The notes beneath the pieces were generated by a model that worked only from the letters and a program-made list of their open reading frames with translations, did no database searches and was not told the DNA's origin. DNA of 62,033 bases from NCBI GenBank assembly GCA_937875495.1, contig CALLYA010000340.1, forward strand, positions 1-62,033, given 5' to 3'. Both the position numbers and the translations under genes were made by a program. The stretch comes from an uncultured Verrucomicrobiota bacterium (lineage in GTDB: Bacteria; Verrucomicrobiota; CALLYA01). Positions 12,084 through 20,174 of this stretch are shown one piece after another (the first letter of the stretch is position 1; every line of letters starts with the position of its first letter).

Positions 12084-13064
12084 TTAACCAAGCCGAATCC
12101 GACGATCCATCCAGACATACGCCAGATCGGTCAGTACATTGAAAAGAACAAACAGCAGTGATCCCACAAATACCAACGCCGACAGGACCGGTCGGTCACC
12201 CGTATGCAGCGCATGCACCCCGATGTAGCCAAGCCCCGGTATCCCGAAGAACGATTCGAGCAATAGACTGCCGGTGTATAAAAACGGGATCGTGATCACC
12301 ACCTGGGTCAGGATCGGTATCATCGCGTTGCGCAGCAGATGCACCCATAACACCCGCCGAGTCGTACAGCCCTTGGCAAAGGCCGTGCGAATGAAGTCCG
12401 CCCGCACCTGATCCAACATCACCGTCCGGTAAAATCGTACGTTGCCCCCCAAACCACTCACGACCCCAATCAACCAGGGAAGCACTAGATGCGAGATTCC
12501 CTCATAGCCCCAAATCGGGAACCAGCCCCAGGCATATCCCAGCCAAAATTGGCCCACCAAAATGTAGCCCAAATACGGAATACTCATCAGCGCAACTGAA
12601 AGGAACACCACAATACGATCGAGATGCCCCTTCCGATGGAGGGCACACATCAGGGCAATCCCAATCGATGCGAGGAATCCTGCGATGAATATGGGGACCG
12701 TCAGAGAGAGCGACGGAATAATTCCCTCGAAGATCATCCGTCGAACCGGCTGGTTCGTCACGTAACTCGTCCCGAAATCCCACCGCGACAACCGCCAGAG
12801 ATAACGCGGCAGCTGGGCATCGAAAAGCCCCACCAGAGATCGCTCCCGAAGCAGCCCCTCCCAGGAGATCAACAGCGGCAGGTCATACCCGTTGTGAGCA
12901 TCCCACTCGGCAATCGACTCGGCTGTCGCACTCTTGCCGAGTACCAGCCGCGCCGGACTCCCCCCGATCGCCTCAAACAAAAGGAAGAGCAAGACCATGA
13001 CCCCTAAGGTCACCGGGATCGTGTAGAGCAGCCGCCGTACCGCGTAGGCACCAAAACCCATCAC
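12084..13064 (-). CDS. peptide ABC transporter permease (OppB/DppB-like)
   Basis: 326-aa multi-TM ORF with an EAA-type loop (FIRTAFAKGCTTRRVLWVHLLRNAMIP). Confidence 0.85.
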   Translation of the reverse strand: MMGFGAYAVRRLLYTIPVTLGVMVLLFLLFEAIGGSPARLVLGKSATAESIAEWDAHNGYDLPLLISWEGLLRERSLVGLFDAQLPRYLWRLSRWDFGTSYVTNQPVRRMIFEGIIPSLSLTVPIFIAGFLASIGIALMCALHRKGHLDRIVVFLSVALMSIPYLGYILVGQFWLGYAWGWFPIWGYEGISHLVLPWLIGVVSGLGGNVRFYRTVMLDQVRADFIRTAFAKGCTTRRVLWVHLLRNAMIPILTQVVITIPFLYTGSLLLESFFGIPGLGYIGVHALHTGDRPVLSALVFVGSLLFVLFNVLTDLAYVWMDRRIRLG

Positions 13065-14944
13065 TCCCCTCCGTTCACAGACAGAGTCGATGGGCGCAAG
13101 CCCAGAGGCTGTTTCCGAAATGCCTTTCGCATTCGCTCTCGACGCGCAGGCTCAACCTTGTAGTAAACTTCGTTGCCGTACGGGAAATCATGCGGCTTGT
13201 AGTTCTCCAGCCAACCGTGGCGCAGCTGATAGATCAGCGGATGCGTCACCAGGATCCAAGGACAATCCTCCTGAACCATCCCGGCTAATCGCTCATAGAG
13301 CTCCGTCCGCTCCGCGCCGTCCGGCATCCTGCGCGCCTGCTCAAACAGGCGATCGAAAGCGTCAGAGGCATAGTTGGTGTGGTTCGGACCAGGACTGGAA
13401 TTGGGCCCGAAAAAGAGCTGCAGGAAATTTTCTCCGTCCGGATAGTCCGCTGACCAAAGGATGTAAAACATTTGGGATTCGCGACGGTCAATGCGCTCGA
13501 AAAAGGTCGGCTCCAATTGAAACCTGGGGGTCAGACGAACCCCGATCGAACGCATCATCCCCACCATCAAGTCCGCCCGTTGCCGCATCTCCGGCTGCCC
13601 CTGACTCGCAAAATCGAGGGTCAATTCCAGTCGCGATCCGGTCCGCTCCGAAATGCCCTCCGGATAGCCCGCCTCCGCCAGCAGACGCCGGGCACGGTCC
13701 AGGTCGTAGCCATAGGGGTTCGGGCGGGTGGTGTTGCCGGGTATCCCCGGGGGAATCGGATTCACCGCCTCGATCTCTTGGCCCGCACGTAGCTCGATCA
13801 ATTTGGAGCGGTCCAAGGCTGAACTGAGTGCCTGCCGCAGCTTCTTGTTCCCACCAACAACCGGATCGTCCATGCCAAAACCGATGTAGATCGTCTGAAG
13901 GGCCGGGACCTTGTCCAGCACGACACCACGTGCCTCCAAGGCGGACGAGAGACCGCCCATCACACTCACCCCCTCAAACTGATCCGTCGTGGGCAGCGTC
14001 AAATCGAGACCACCCGCCAAAAACATCAGCCAGGCAGTCGACTCGTCCTGCACCACATACCGGATGATCCGATCCGCAAACGGCAGACTCGCCCCCGCCT
14101 CCGCCAACAGTCCGGCGCGCACATCATCCGATTGCCCTTCCTCCGGATACACCTCGCGGCGACCCGTCTGCGCCCACTTGGGATTGCGCTCCAATTCTAT
14201 CCGGTAGTTGCGCTTCCATTCCACCAGGCGGTAAGGACCTGTCCCCACCGGATATCGCTGGAAATCTCCACCGTAGAACTCCACGGCCTCTCTGGGCACC
14301 ACATGCAGATAGTGCATCGTCAATACCCAGAGGAACTGCGGGTACGGCTCGGTCAACAGGAATTCCAGCGTGTAATCGTCCAGTGCCTGAATCCCCTCCA
14401 CCGGTTCCTCGTAGGCACGATCTCCAACCTCCTCGACCCGCTTGCGGAAGGCCTCCAAACCACGCAGACGCCCTCGAATGACCCAGAACCCCGTCGTCGA
14501 ACTGCGGGGATCCGCAAGCCGTAAGATCGAATAGCGGAAATCCGCGGCGGTTACCTCACGCCCAGAGCCGGAAGGGAAACAACGGTCATCAGCAAAGTAT
14601 ATCCCCGGCCGAAGCCGGAACGTCATCCGCGTCCCGGTCGCATCCACCTCCGGCATCGCCTCTGCCAGCTGTGGTTCCAAACGGTAGGGTCGATCTAAGT
14701 AGCCATACCGTAACAGACCCTCATAGATCAGCCCCGTGATCATCGCCGAGGCGATGTCACCAGACCCAATCGGATCAAGACTGCGCAACCGCTTGGTGGA
14801 TCCAAGCAGTACCCTGTCAGACCTCGTTTCAGGGTCTGGCCGGGCCAATGTAAAGGCATGCAGGGAGAAGCACTCCCCGAAAACGAAGGCCAATAGAGAC
14901 GAAAGGAGGAACTTCGCAACCGGGATCCGCGGCCATCGTGTCAA
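13061..14944 (-). CDS. ABC transporter substrate-binding protein, family 5 (peptide/nickel type)
   Basis: 627-aa ORF with a signal-like N-terminus. First gene of the ABC cluster. TTG start at 14944 with AGGAGG (14953-14958) 8 nt upstream. Confidence 0.8.
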   Translation of the reverse strand: MTRWPRIPVAKFLLSSLLAFVFGECFSLHAFTLARPDPETRSDRVLLGSTKRLRSLDPIGSGDIASAMITGLIYEGLLRYGYLDRPYRLEPQLAEAMPEVDATGTRMTFRLRPGIYFADDRCFPSGSGREVTAADFRYSILRLADPRSSTTGFWVIRGRLRGLEAFRKRVEEVGDRAYEEPVEGIQALDDYTLEFLLTEPYPQFLWVLTMHYLHVVPREAVEFYGGDFQRYPVGTGPYRLVEWKRNYRIELERNPKWAQTGRREVYPEEGQSDDVRAGLLAEAGASLPFADRIIRYVVQDESTAWLMFLAGGLDLTLPTTDQFEGVSVMGGLSSALEARGVVLDKVPALQTIYIGFGMDDPVVGGNKKLRQALSSALDRSKLIELRAGQEIEAVNPIPPGIPGNTTRPNPYGYDLDRARRLLAEAGYPEGISERTGSRLELTLDFASQGQPEMRQRADLMVGMMRSIGVRLTPRFQLEPTFFERIDRRESQMFYILWSADYPDGENFLQLFFGPNSSPGPNHTNYASDAFDRLFEQARRMPDGAERTELYERLAGMVQEDCPWILVTHPLIYQLRHGWLENYKPHDFPYGNEVYYKVEPARRERMRKAFRKQPLGLRPSTLSVNGGE

Positions 14945-14956
14945 CGTATCAGCCTC

Positions 14957-15258
14957 CTAGCATGTAGTCGTCCGAAAAGACGCGCTTCTTCAAGCGCCGC
15001 CTCCAGGCAATGGTTGTCGATCGGTTCGATCGGTCCGATCCTAGTCCGAATCGGAATCGGGATCGATTCCTGTCCAGTATGGCACCCGGCCCTCTGAAGA
15101 CCGCTCAAACCTTGCTGCCGAATCTTGCCAGCACCGTAACACTACGGTTACGCTACCCGGTTCTCGTGTCCCAATCCCAGCCCGCGTCCCTTCGCTACCG
15201 AGACCGATAGCGACCCCGACCCCGATCTTGCTTCGCCATCTACCTTTTCGGACGACCT
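14957..15258. repeat. mosaic repeat A-module, copy A1
   Basis: About 300 bp, bounded by CGTCCGAAAAG (14969-14979) and CCTTTTCGGACG (15243-15254). Near-identical to A2 over the central ~190 bp. Contains GATCGGTTC/GATCGGTCC 9-mers. Confidence 0.8.
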
Positions 15259-15570
15259 CTAGCATGAGCCCGTCCGAAAAGACGCGCTCCTTCAAGCGCC
15301 GCCTCCAGGCAATGGTTGTCAATCGGTCCGATCCTTGTCTGAATCGGGGTCGGGGTCGGAATCGGAAGCGGGATCGATTCCTGTCCAGGAAGGCACCCGG
15401 CCCTCTGAAGACCGCTCAAACCTTGCTGCCGAATCTTGCCAGCACCGTAACACTGCGGTTACGCTACCCGGTTTCTCGTGTCCCAATCCCAGCCCGCGTC
15501 CCTTCGATACCGAGACCGATAGCGACCCCGACCCCGATCTTGCTTCACTATCTAACTTTTCGGACAGCCC
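15259..15570. repeat. mosaic repeat A-module, copy A2 (direct tandem of A1)
   Basis: Same termini (CGTCCGAAAAG ... CTTTTCGGAC). The microsatellite segment differs from A1 (GGGGTCGGGGTCGGAATCGGAAGC). Confidence 0.8.
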
Positions 15571-15586
15571 CCGAGCACCTCCATGC

Positions 15587-15616
15587 AAAAAAAGGGCAGG
15601 ACACCTTGTCCTGCCC
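15587..15616 (-). terminator. intrinsic terminator after secG
   Basis: Stem GGGCAGGAC / GTCCTGCCC (15594-15616), followed on the minus strand by T7 (A-run 15587-15593 on +). Confidence 0.75.
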
Positions 15617-15653
15617 AATTCATCTGACCGTGCCGGACCAGCAGGTCCATACC

Positions 15654-16238
15654 TCAACTCTCAGGTTCGTCTGGGGCCTGCGCAGCACCCGCCTCATCAC
15701 CAGAGGCCTCGACGGGAGATGCCGCATCAGGAGCCGGAGCCTCAATCTCATTCCCTTCCGGTGCAGTCGCCCCAGCCTCCACAGGTGCGACCTCAGCCTC
15801 CACAGGTGCGACCTCAGCCCCCGCATCCACCGCAGGGATTTCGATGGAGAGTGGCGCCTCACCCGCAGGCACTACAGCCCCCGCATCCGCGGGAGACGGG
15901 ACCTCCGCCGAGACGCCCTCGCCTGGCGTGGCCACCTGACCGGCCGGAATTGCCTCCGCAGACGCGGCAACCGGTGCACCCGGACGGACCATCGACCGCC
16001 CCTGAACAGTCTGCAACTTGGCGATCAACAGCGTATTGCAAATAAAGAAAACGGACAGATACGCCGTGATCTTGACCAGGACGTTACCCGCACGAGAACC
16101 AAAAAAGCTCTCGCCCATGCCGCCGCCGAAGGCCAGGCCAAGGCCCTCACTGGCCGTGCGCTGCATCAAAATGATCAGGATCAACAGCAGGGCAACCAGC
16201 AACTGCAACGCGTAAAGTATTCCAAGAAAGATAGCCAT
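15654..16238 (-). CDS. secG: preprotein translocase subunit SecG with long acidic Ala/Pro/Glu-rich C-terminal extension
   Basis: ATG 16238 behind AAGGAAAG. MAIFLGILYALQLLVALLLILIILMQR...GESFFGSR...two-TM SecG core (~80 aa), then ~110 aa of low complexity. Downstream of tpiA. Confidence 0.8.
   Translation of the reverse strand: MAIFLGILYALQLLVALLLILIILMQRTASEGLGLAFGGGMGESFFGSRAGNVLVKITAYLSVFFICNTLLIAKLQTVQGRSMVRPGAPVAASAEAIPAGQVATPGEGVSAEVPSPADAGAVVPAGEAPLSIEIPAVDAGAEVAPVEAEVAPVEAGATAPEGNEIEAPAPDAASPVEASGDEAGAAQAPDEPES
15775..15816. repeat. perfect 21-bp tandem duplication inside the secG tail
   Basis: GCCTCCACAGGTGCGACCTCA x2. It encodes the repeated heptapeptide EVAPVEA. Confidence 0.85.
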
Positions 16239-16364
16239 CGTGATTTCCGCTTTCCTTTTGCTTCGACCGGGCCACCCAACAATAGGCCGCTGAACCCCCA
16301 TAAAGGGCCGCACCTTGTTAGGCCCAAGGCTTCAACGATTCCACTATGAATCCCCGTTTCCGAT

Positions 16365-17126
16365 TCAGGGCCGTCCGTTCGTGATCAATGTCGCAAAACC
16401 ATCCGGGGTGAGGCAAGCCCCGCCTACCAAACCACCATCAATATCCGGCTGGGAGATCAACTCCGCAACATTGTCCGCCTTCATACTTCCACCATATTGA
16501 ATCCGCACCGCCGCCGCAGCCTCAGCCCCGAAATCGGCAGCGACAATCCCTCGGATGAAGTGATGAACCTCCTGCGCCATCTGCGGCGTGGCCGTCTTGC
16601 CGGTTCCAATGGCCCACACCGGTTCGTAGGCGATCACCAGAGAGGCAACCTGATCACTCGAAAGCCCTGCCAAGCCCCCGCGGACCTGGCGATCGACCAC
16701 CGCCTCGGTCTCTCCGGACTCACGCTCCTCAAGCACCTCCCCCACACAGATGATCGGGGTCAGGCCATGCCCCAAGGCCGCCTTCACCTTCTCATTCACC
16801 GTCTGGTCCGTTTCACCGAAATACGCACGACGCTCGGAATGCCCGATGATCACATATCCACACCCGGCATCCAGGAGCATCGGAGCGGAAATCTCACCGG
16901 TAAACGCCCCGGAATCTTTCCAGTACAAGTTCTGCGCACCCAGTCCGACCGCACTCCCCTCCAACACGACCGACATCGGCTGGAGACAAGTGCTGGGAGG
17001 ACAGAGCACGATCTCAACGTCATCAATGCCCTTCACGAGAGGCAGGAAGGCCTTGGCATACTCCACCGCCTCGGAGGCGGTCTTGTTCATCTTGAAGTTC
17101 CCAGCAATAATTCTTTTGCGCTGCAT
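16365..17126 (-). CDS. tpiA: triosephosphate isomerase
   Basis: Motifs IAGNFKMNK, IGHSERR, AYEPVWAIGTG and YGGS. Start trimmed to ATG 17126 (MQRKRII). Confidence 0.92.
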   Translation of the reverse strand: MQRKRIIAGNFKMNKTASEAVEYAKAFLPLVKGIDDVEIVLCPPSTCLQPMSVVLEGSAVGLGAQNLYWKDSGAFTGEISAPMLLDAGCGYVIIGHSERRAYFGETDQTVNEKVKAALGHGLTPIICVGEVLEERESGETEAVVDRQVRGGLAGLSSDQVASLVIAYEPVWAIGTGKTATPQMAQEVHHFIRGIVAADFGAEAAAAVRIQYGGSMKADNVAELISQPDIDGGLVGGACLTPDGFATLITNGRP

Positions 17127-17244
17127 GATGATCTCTTTCAAAGTGTACTCGGCCACGGCCATTCTCCCTGACGCCGATGGCCTTGTTTTGTGGGGGCACG
17201 CCCCCTGTCCGCTCCGGGACCATATCCCCATGAGACGAAATAGG

Positions 17245-17273
17245 AGTATATAAAGGGGTTGCAGGGCCGTCAA
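17245..17273 (-). promoter_or_regulatory. candidate sigma70-type promoter of tpiA-secG (TTGACG-N17-TATACT)
   Basis: On the minus strand, -35 = 17273-17268 and -10 = 17250-17245. About 110 nt upstream of the tpiA ATG. Confidence 0.5.
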
Positions 17274-17416
17274 TTCAAGGACCGGTGCAGATGCCTGTTT
17301 TCGCACTCAGCCATGACCTCAGCCTCCGCCCTCGACGTCTCCCCGATGCCCGCAGGACCGCTGCCCCTCTCACCTCTGACCCAACGGCATCAGGCCTGCC
17401 GGTCCGGATTATTTGA

Positions 17417-17446
17417 TTGACAGGCGTGTAATCATATCCCCATAGT
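17417..17446 (+). promoter_or_regulatory. candidate promoter (TTGACA-N18-CATAGT) for the 17552 gene
   Basis: Perfect -35 at 17417-17422, but the -10 at 17441-17446 is weak. Lies in an AT-richer patch. Confidence 0.3.
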
Positions 17447-17551
17447 TCTCCTTAGATCAATGGCCCAGCAGGGGCCGCCCAGAGGGGAAACCGTAACGGT
17501 TTGCTACTGAACCTCAGGCCGTGTCGTCTCAGGTGCGTCGCGGAGTTGACC

Positions 17552-18622
17552 ATGGTATCATTGCCGCCCATCAAACGTTCTCAAATCGACCAGTGGCCCG
17601 TTTCGGCCTCCGGCCTCTCCCCGCGTGCCGCCAATTGCCTTACGCGCGCCCGTATCCGCACCATCGGGGAACTCCGAAAGATTCCGAGTGCGGATCTCTT
17701 GAACATCCGCTCCTTGGGGAAGGTTTCCCTGCGCGACATCCGCTCCTTTCTCAATAAGACCAAAGATTTGGAGCAAGGGATCAACCCGCTCCCTCCCATT
17801 CGAACGCTCATCCAACAGTTCGTCGACCGTGGCGACCGCGCCGTTCTCGAACAGCGCTTCGGTTTGATCGGCTCTCGAATCAGCCCCGAAATCGAACGGA
17901 TGTCGCTCCAGGCGATCGGAGAGCAGTGCAGCCGCACTCGGGAGCGAATCCGGCAATGCGAACAGTGCGCGATGGATCGGCTTCGGACCCGCTTGGCCTG
18001 CCACCTCCTACGCCCCTACGCCGACAAGATGGTGACGACCATCGATAGCCGAGATAAGATCCTCTCCGCAGAAGAAGCCCTCATCCTCAGCGGCGATCCC
18101 GATTTCCAGGATTACCACCCAGGCGGACTGCTCCTGCTCTTCTCCGCCCTTTTCCCCGACATCACCTACCACAACGAATACTTCACGACCATTTCCCCAA
18201 ACACCCTCCTCTCGCTCGAGGAGGAAATGCTGAACGCGCTCGATGCGCAATCCGCCCCCGTCTCCAGCACCTTCCTCGCCGAATACCTGTTGACCAACCG
18301 GCCCGGCCCCCTCAAGAGCTGTGGCTTCGTCCATCCCGAGCAAGGCATCGAACGTATCCTCCTTCGAAACCCCAAGGTCGTGGTCACAACCCACCTGGAG
18401 TTCTTCACCAACCAGGAGGTCCTGATCAAACTGCTCGCCCGTGCCATTCAACGCGTCGGCGCCTTCGCGCACTATCGGGATATCTCACAGCAGTACAACG
18501 AAATGATTCACCCCACCCGTCAGCTCGGGGTCGGCTCAATCCTGAAAATCCTCAACGGCGACCAACACTTCACACGGGTCGAACGCGCACACTATGCCCT
18601 CGCCCCAGGCACCAGGATCTGA
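17552..18622 (+). CDS. DNA-binding protein combining an RpoA alphaCTD-like HhH domain and a sigma-70 region-4-like HTH, plus an unassigned ~200-aa C-terminal part
   Basis: LSPRAANCLTRARIRTIGELRKIPSADLLNIRSLGKVSLRDIRSFL parallels [46 protein letters not shown] of the RpoA in this window. MSLQAIGEQCSRTRERIRQCEQCAMDRLR resembles sigma70 region 4. ATG at 17552. Confidence 0.6.
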   Translation: MVSLPPIKRSQIDQWPVSASGLSPRAANCLTRARIRTIGELRKIPSADLLNIRSLGKVSLRDIRSFLNKTKDLEQGINPLPPIRTLIQQFVDRGDRAVLEQRFGLIGSRISPEIERMSLQAIGEQCSRTRERIRQCEQCAMDRLRTRLACHLLRPYADKMVTTIDSRDKILSAEEALILSGDPDFQDYHPGGLLLLFSALFPDITYHNEYFTTISPNTLLSLEEEMLNALDAQSAPVSSTFLAEYLLTNRPGPLKSCGFVHPEQGIERILLRNPKVVVTTHLEFFTNQEVLIKLLARAIQRVGAFAHYRDISQQYNEMIHPTRQLGVGSILKILNGDQHFTRVERAHYALAPGTRI

Positions 18623-18709
18623 ATTTTGCCCACTGGGCCAAAGACCCTTGGCGATCGAAGCGCTTGTGAACCTTTTGCCACGCGGATTCCACGCCGAATC
18701 ACACCCTCC

Positions 18710-18825
18710 ATTCCGACGATCCGGATTTCGATTTCGATCCCGATCCGACCGATCCGACCGATCCGACCGATCCGAAAACCATTGCCTGGAGACGACGCCT
18801 TAAAGGAGCGCGCCCTTTCGCCCCC
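18710..18825. repeat. partial A-module of the mosaic repeat family
   Basis: ATTCCGACGATCCGGATTTCGATTTCGATCCCGATCCGACC(GATCCGACC)x2 GATCCGAAAACCATTGCCTGGAGACGACG..GCGCGCCCTTTCG matches 26330-26450. Confidence 0.65.
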
Positions 18826-18901
18826 CCCCAGCAATCTCCATCTTCGGCCAAATTCGGATCCAACGCTGCGAATCCCCGCACTGGGGCGAAGGCGCCAATG
18901 G

Positions 18902-18930
18902 TTGACAATATTTCCTTCCTCGTCTATTCA
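18902..18930 (+). promoter_or_regulatory. candidate promoter of the lptF/G-like gene (TTGACA-N17-TATTCA)
   Basis: Perfect -35 at 18902-18907, 17-nt spacer, -10 at 18925-18930. Confidence 0.4.
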
Positions 18931-19067
18931 CGAGGGGTCGCAATCCCGATTGCCCGCGGATCCTGGTCCCCAACTTCGCCCAGCGTCAATCGCCCCTTCC
19001 GAGGTCTCGAAGCCACCCGCAAAAACCGACACACTCCCGCTCGGACCAGGGAGGCAAGGCTCAATCC

Positions 19068-20174
19068 ATGCGGATTCTCAACCAATACATCACCCAAGAA
19101 TTCCTGAAGCCGCTCCTTGTCTGTGCGCTGGCATTTCTCATCGTCTTCCTAGTGGCCGATCTGAACGACAACCTCGAGGACTTCACGTCAAACGGAGTTT
19201 CAGGCCTCCGGATTCTCTGGTACTACGGGCTCAAGCTCCCACAAATCATGGTCCAGGTCGCACCCTTGGCCCTGTTGCTGGCCACCCTCTTCACCATCAG
19301 CAACATGGAACGTTACAACGAGCTGATCGCTATTCGCGCCGCCGGCATACACATTCTGCGCACCCTTACTCCCCTTTTTGGCTTCGGCTTGATCTGCTCC
19401 TTCGCGGTCTTTCTCCTTTACGAATTCGTCTGCCCAGACTGGCTCCGTCAGGCCGAAGAATTCAGACGCCAACTCGGCAGCCAAGAACAACCCTCCAAAT
19501 ACATCAGCACCGAGTTCCATTTTGAGAACGACGCCCAAGGACGCCTCTGGACCGCAAAGACGTTCAATCGTCGGGACAACATCCTGGAAGATGTCATCAT
19601 CACCGAGCGCGATCCCGACCGGCCCAATTTCATCAAGCGCAGAATGATCGCGGAAAAGGCGGTCTGGAGAAACAACCACTGGGAGTTTCTTGACGCCGAT
19701 ATCTACCAGTTTAACCAGTTCGGCCGTCGACCCGACCTGCCGAAGTCATTGCTCGACCGCTCCATCTGGCGTGCAACCAACCTGGATGAGACCCCGCTCG
19801 AGTTCCTGCTCTACCTGGAAAGCCGGCCTGAGTACATGAGCGCAAGGACCATGCGCAGTTTCCTGGAACGTCACAAGAACCTCTCGCCTCAAGTGATCCG
19901 AAACTACGAAGTGGAAATGCACAATCGGATGGCCGTGCCCATCGGCTGCCTGACCGCCATCATCATCGGAATCCCGTTCTCCCTTCGAACCGGACGAAAG
20001 GGACCTGCCCTCGCGATCGCCAGCAGCATCGCCCTCTTTATTACCCTCTATATGTTGAGTCATATCGCACTCTACATGGGTATTCGAGGCGTCGTTCCCC
20101 CGATCCTGGCTGCCTGGCTGCCCAACCTCGCCTTCCTTTTCCTCGGACTCGCCCTGTTACCGACCGTCCGCTGA
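19068..20174 (+). CDS. LPS export ABC permease, LptF/LptG (YjgP/YjgQ) family
   Basis: 368 aa. Has the MRILNQYITQEFLKPL N-terminus typical of the family, a TM-periplasmic domain-TM layout and a C-terminal TM bundle. Confidence 0.8.
   Translation: MRILNQYITQEFLKPLLVCALAFLIVFLVADLNDNLEDFTSNGVSGLRILWYYGLKLPQIMVQVAPLALLLATLFTISNMERYNELIAIRAAGIHILRTLTPLFGFGLICSFAVFLLYEFVCPDWLRQAEEFRRQLGSQEQPSKYISTEFHFENDAQGRLWTAKTFNRRDNILEDVIITERDPDRPNFIKRRMIAEKAVWRNNHWEFLDADIYQFNQFGRRPDLPKSLLDRSIWRATNLDETPLEFLLYLESRPEYMSARTMRSFLERHKNLSPQVIRNYEVEMHNRMAVPIGCLTAIIIGIPFSLRTGRKGPALAIASSIALFITLYMLSHIALYMGIRGVVPPILAAWLPNLAFLFLGLALLPTVR

Noticed and set aside
14957-15570. CRISPR array hypothesis for the tandem repeats and 9-bp periodic tracts
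   Set aside because: The units are ~300 bp or 9 bp, not 24-48-bp repeats separated by unique spacers of similar length, and there are no cas genes in the window.
15228-16349. 373-aa + strand ORF running through repeat A2 and antisense to secG
   Set aside because: It is composed of repeat sequence plus the antisense strand of secG. The equivalent frame in copy A1 is closed immediately (ATG-TAG at 14962-14967).
18626-19525. 299-aa + strand ORF covering the repeat fragment and the start of the lptF/G-like gene
   Set aside because: Its translation is Pro/Arg/Ser-rich low complexity. It overlaps a well-supported gene in another frame and traverses the candidate promoter at 18902-18930.
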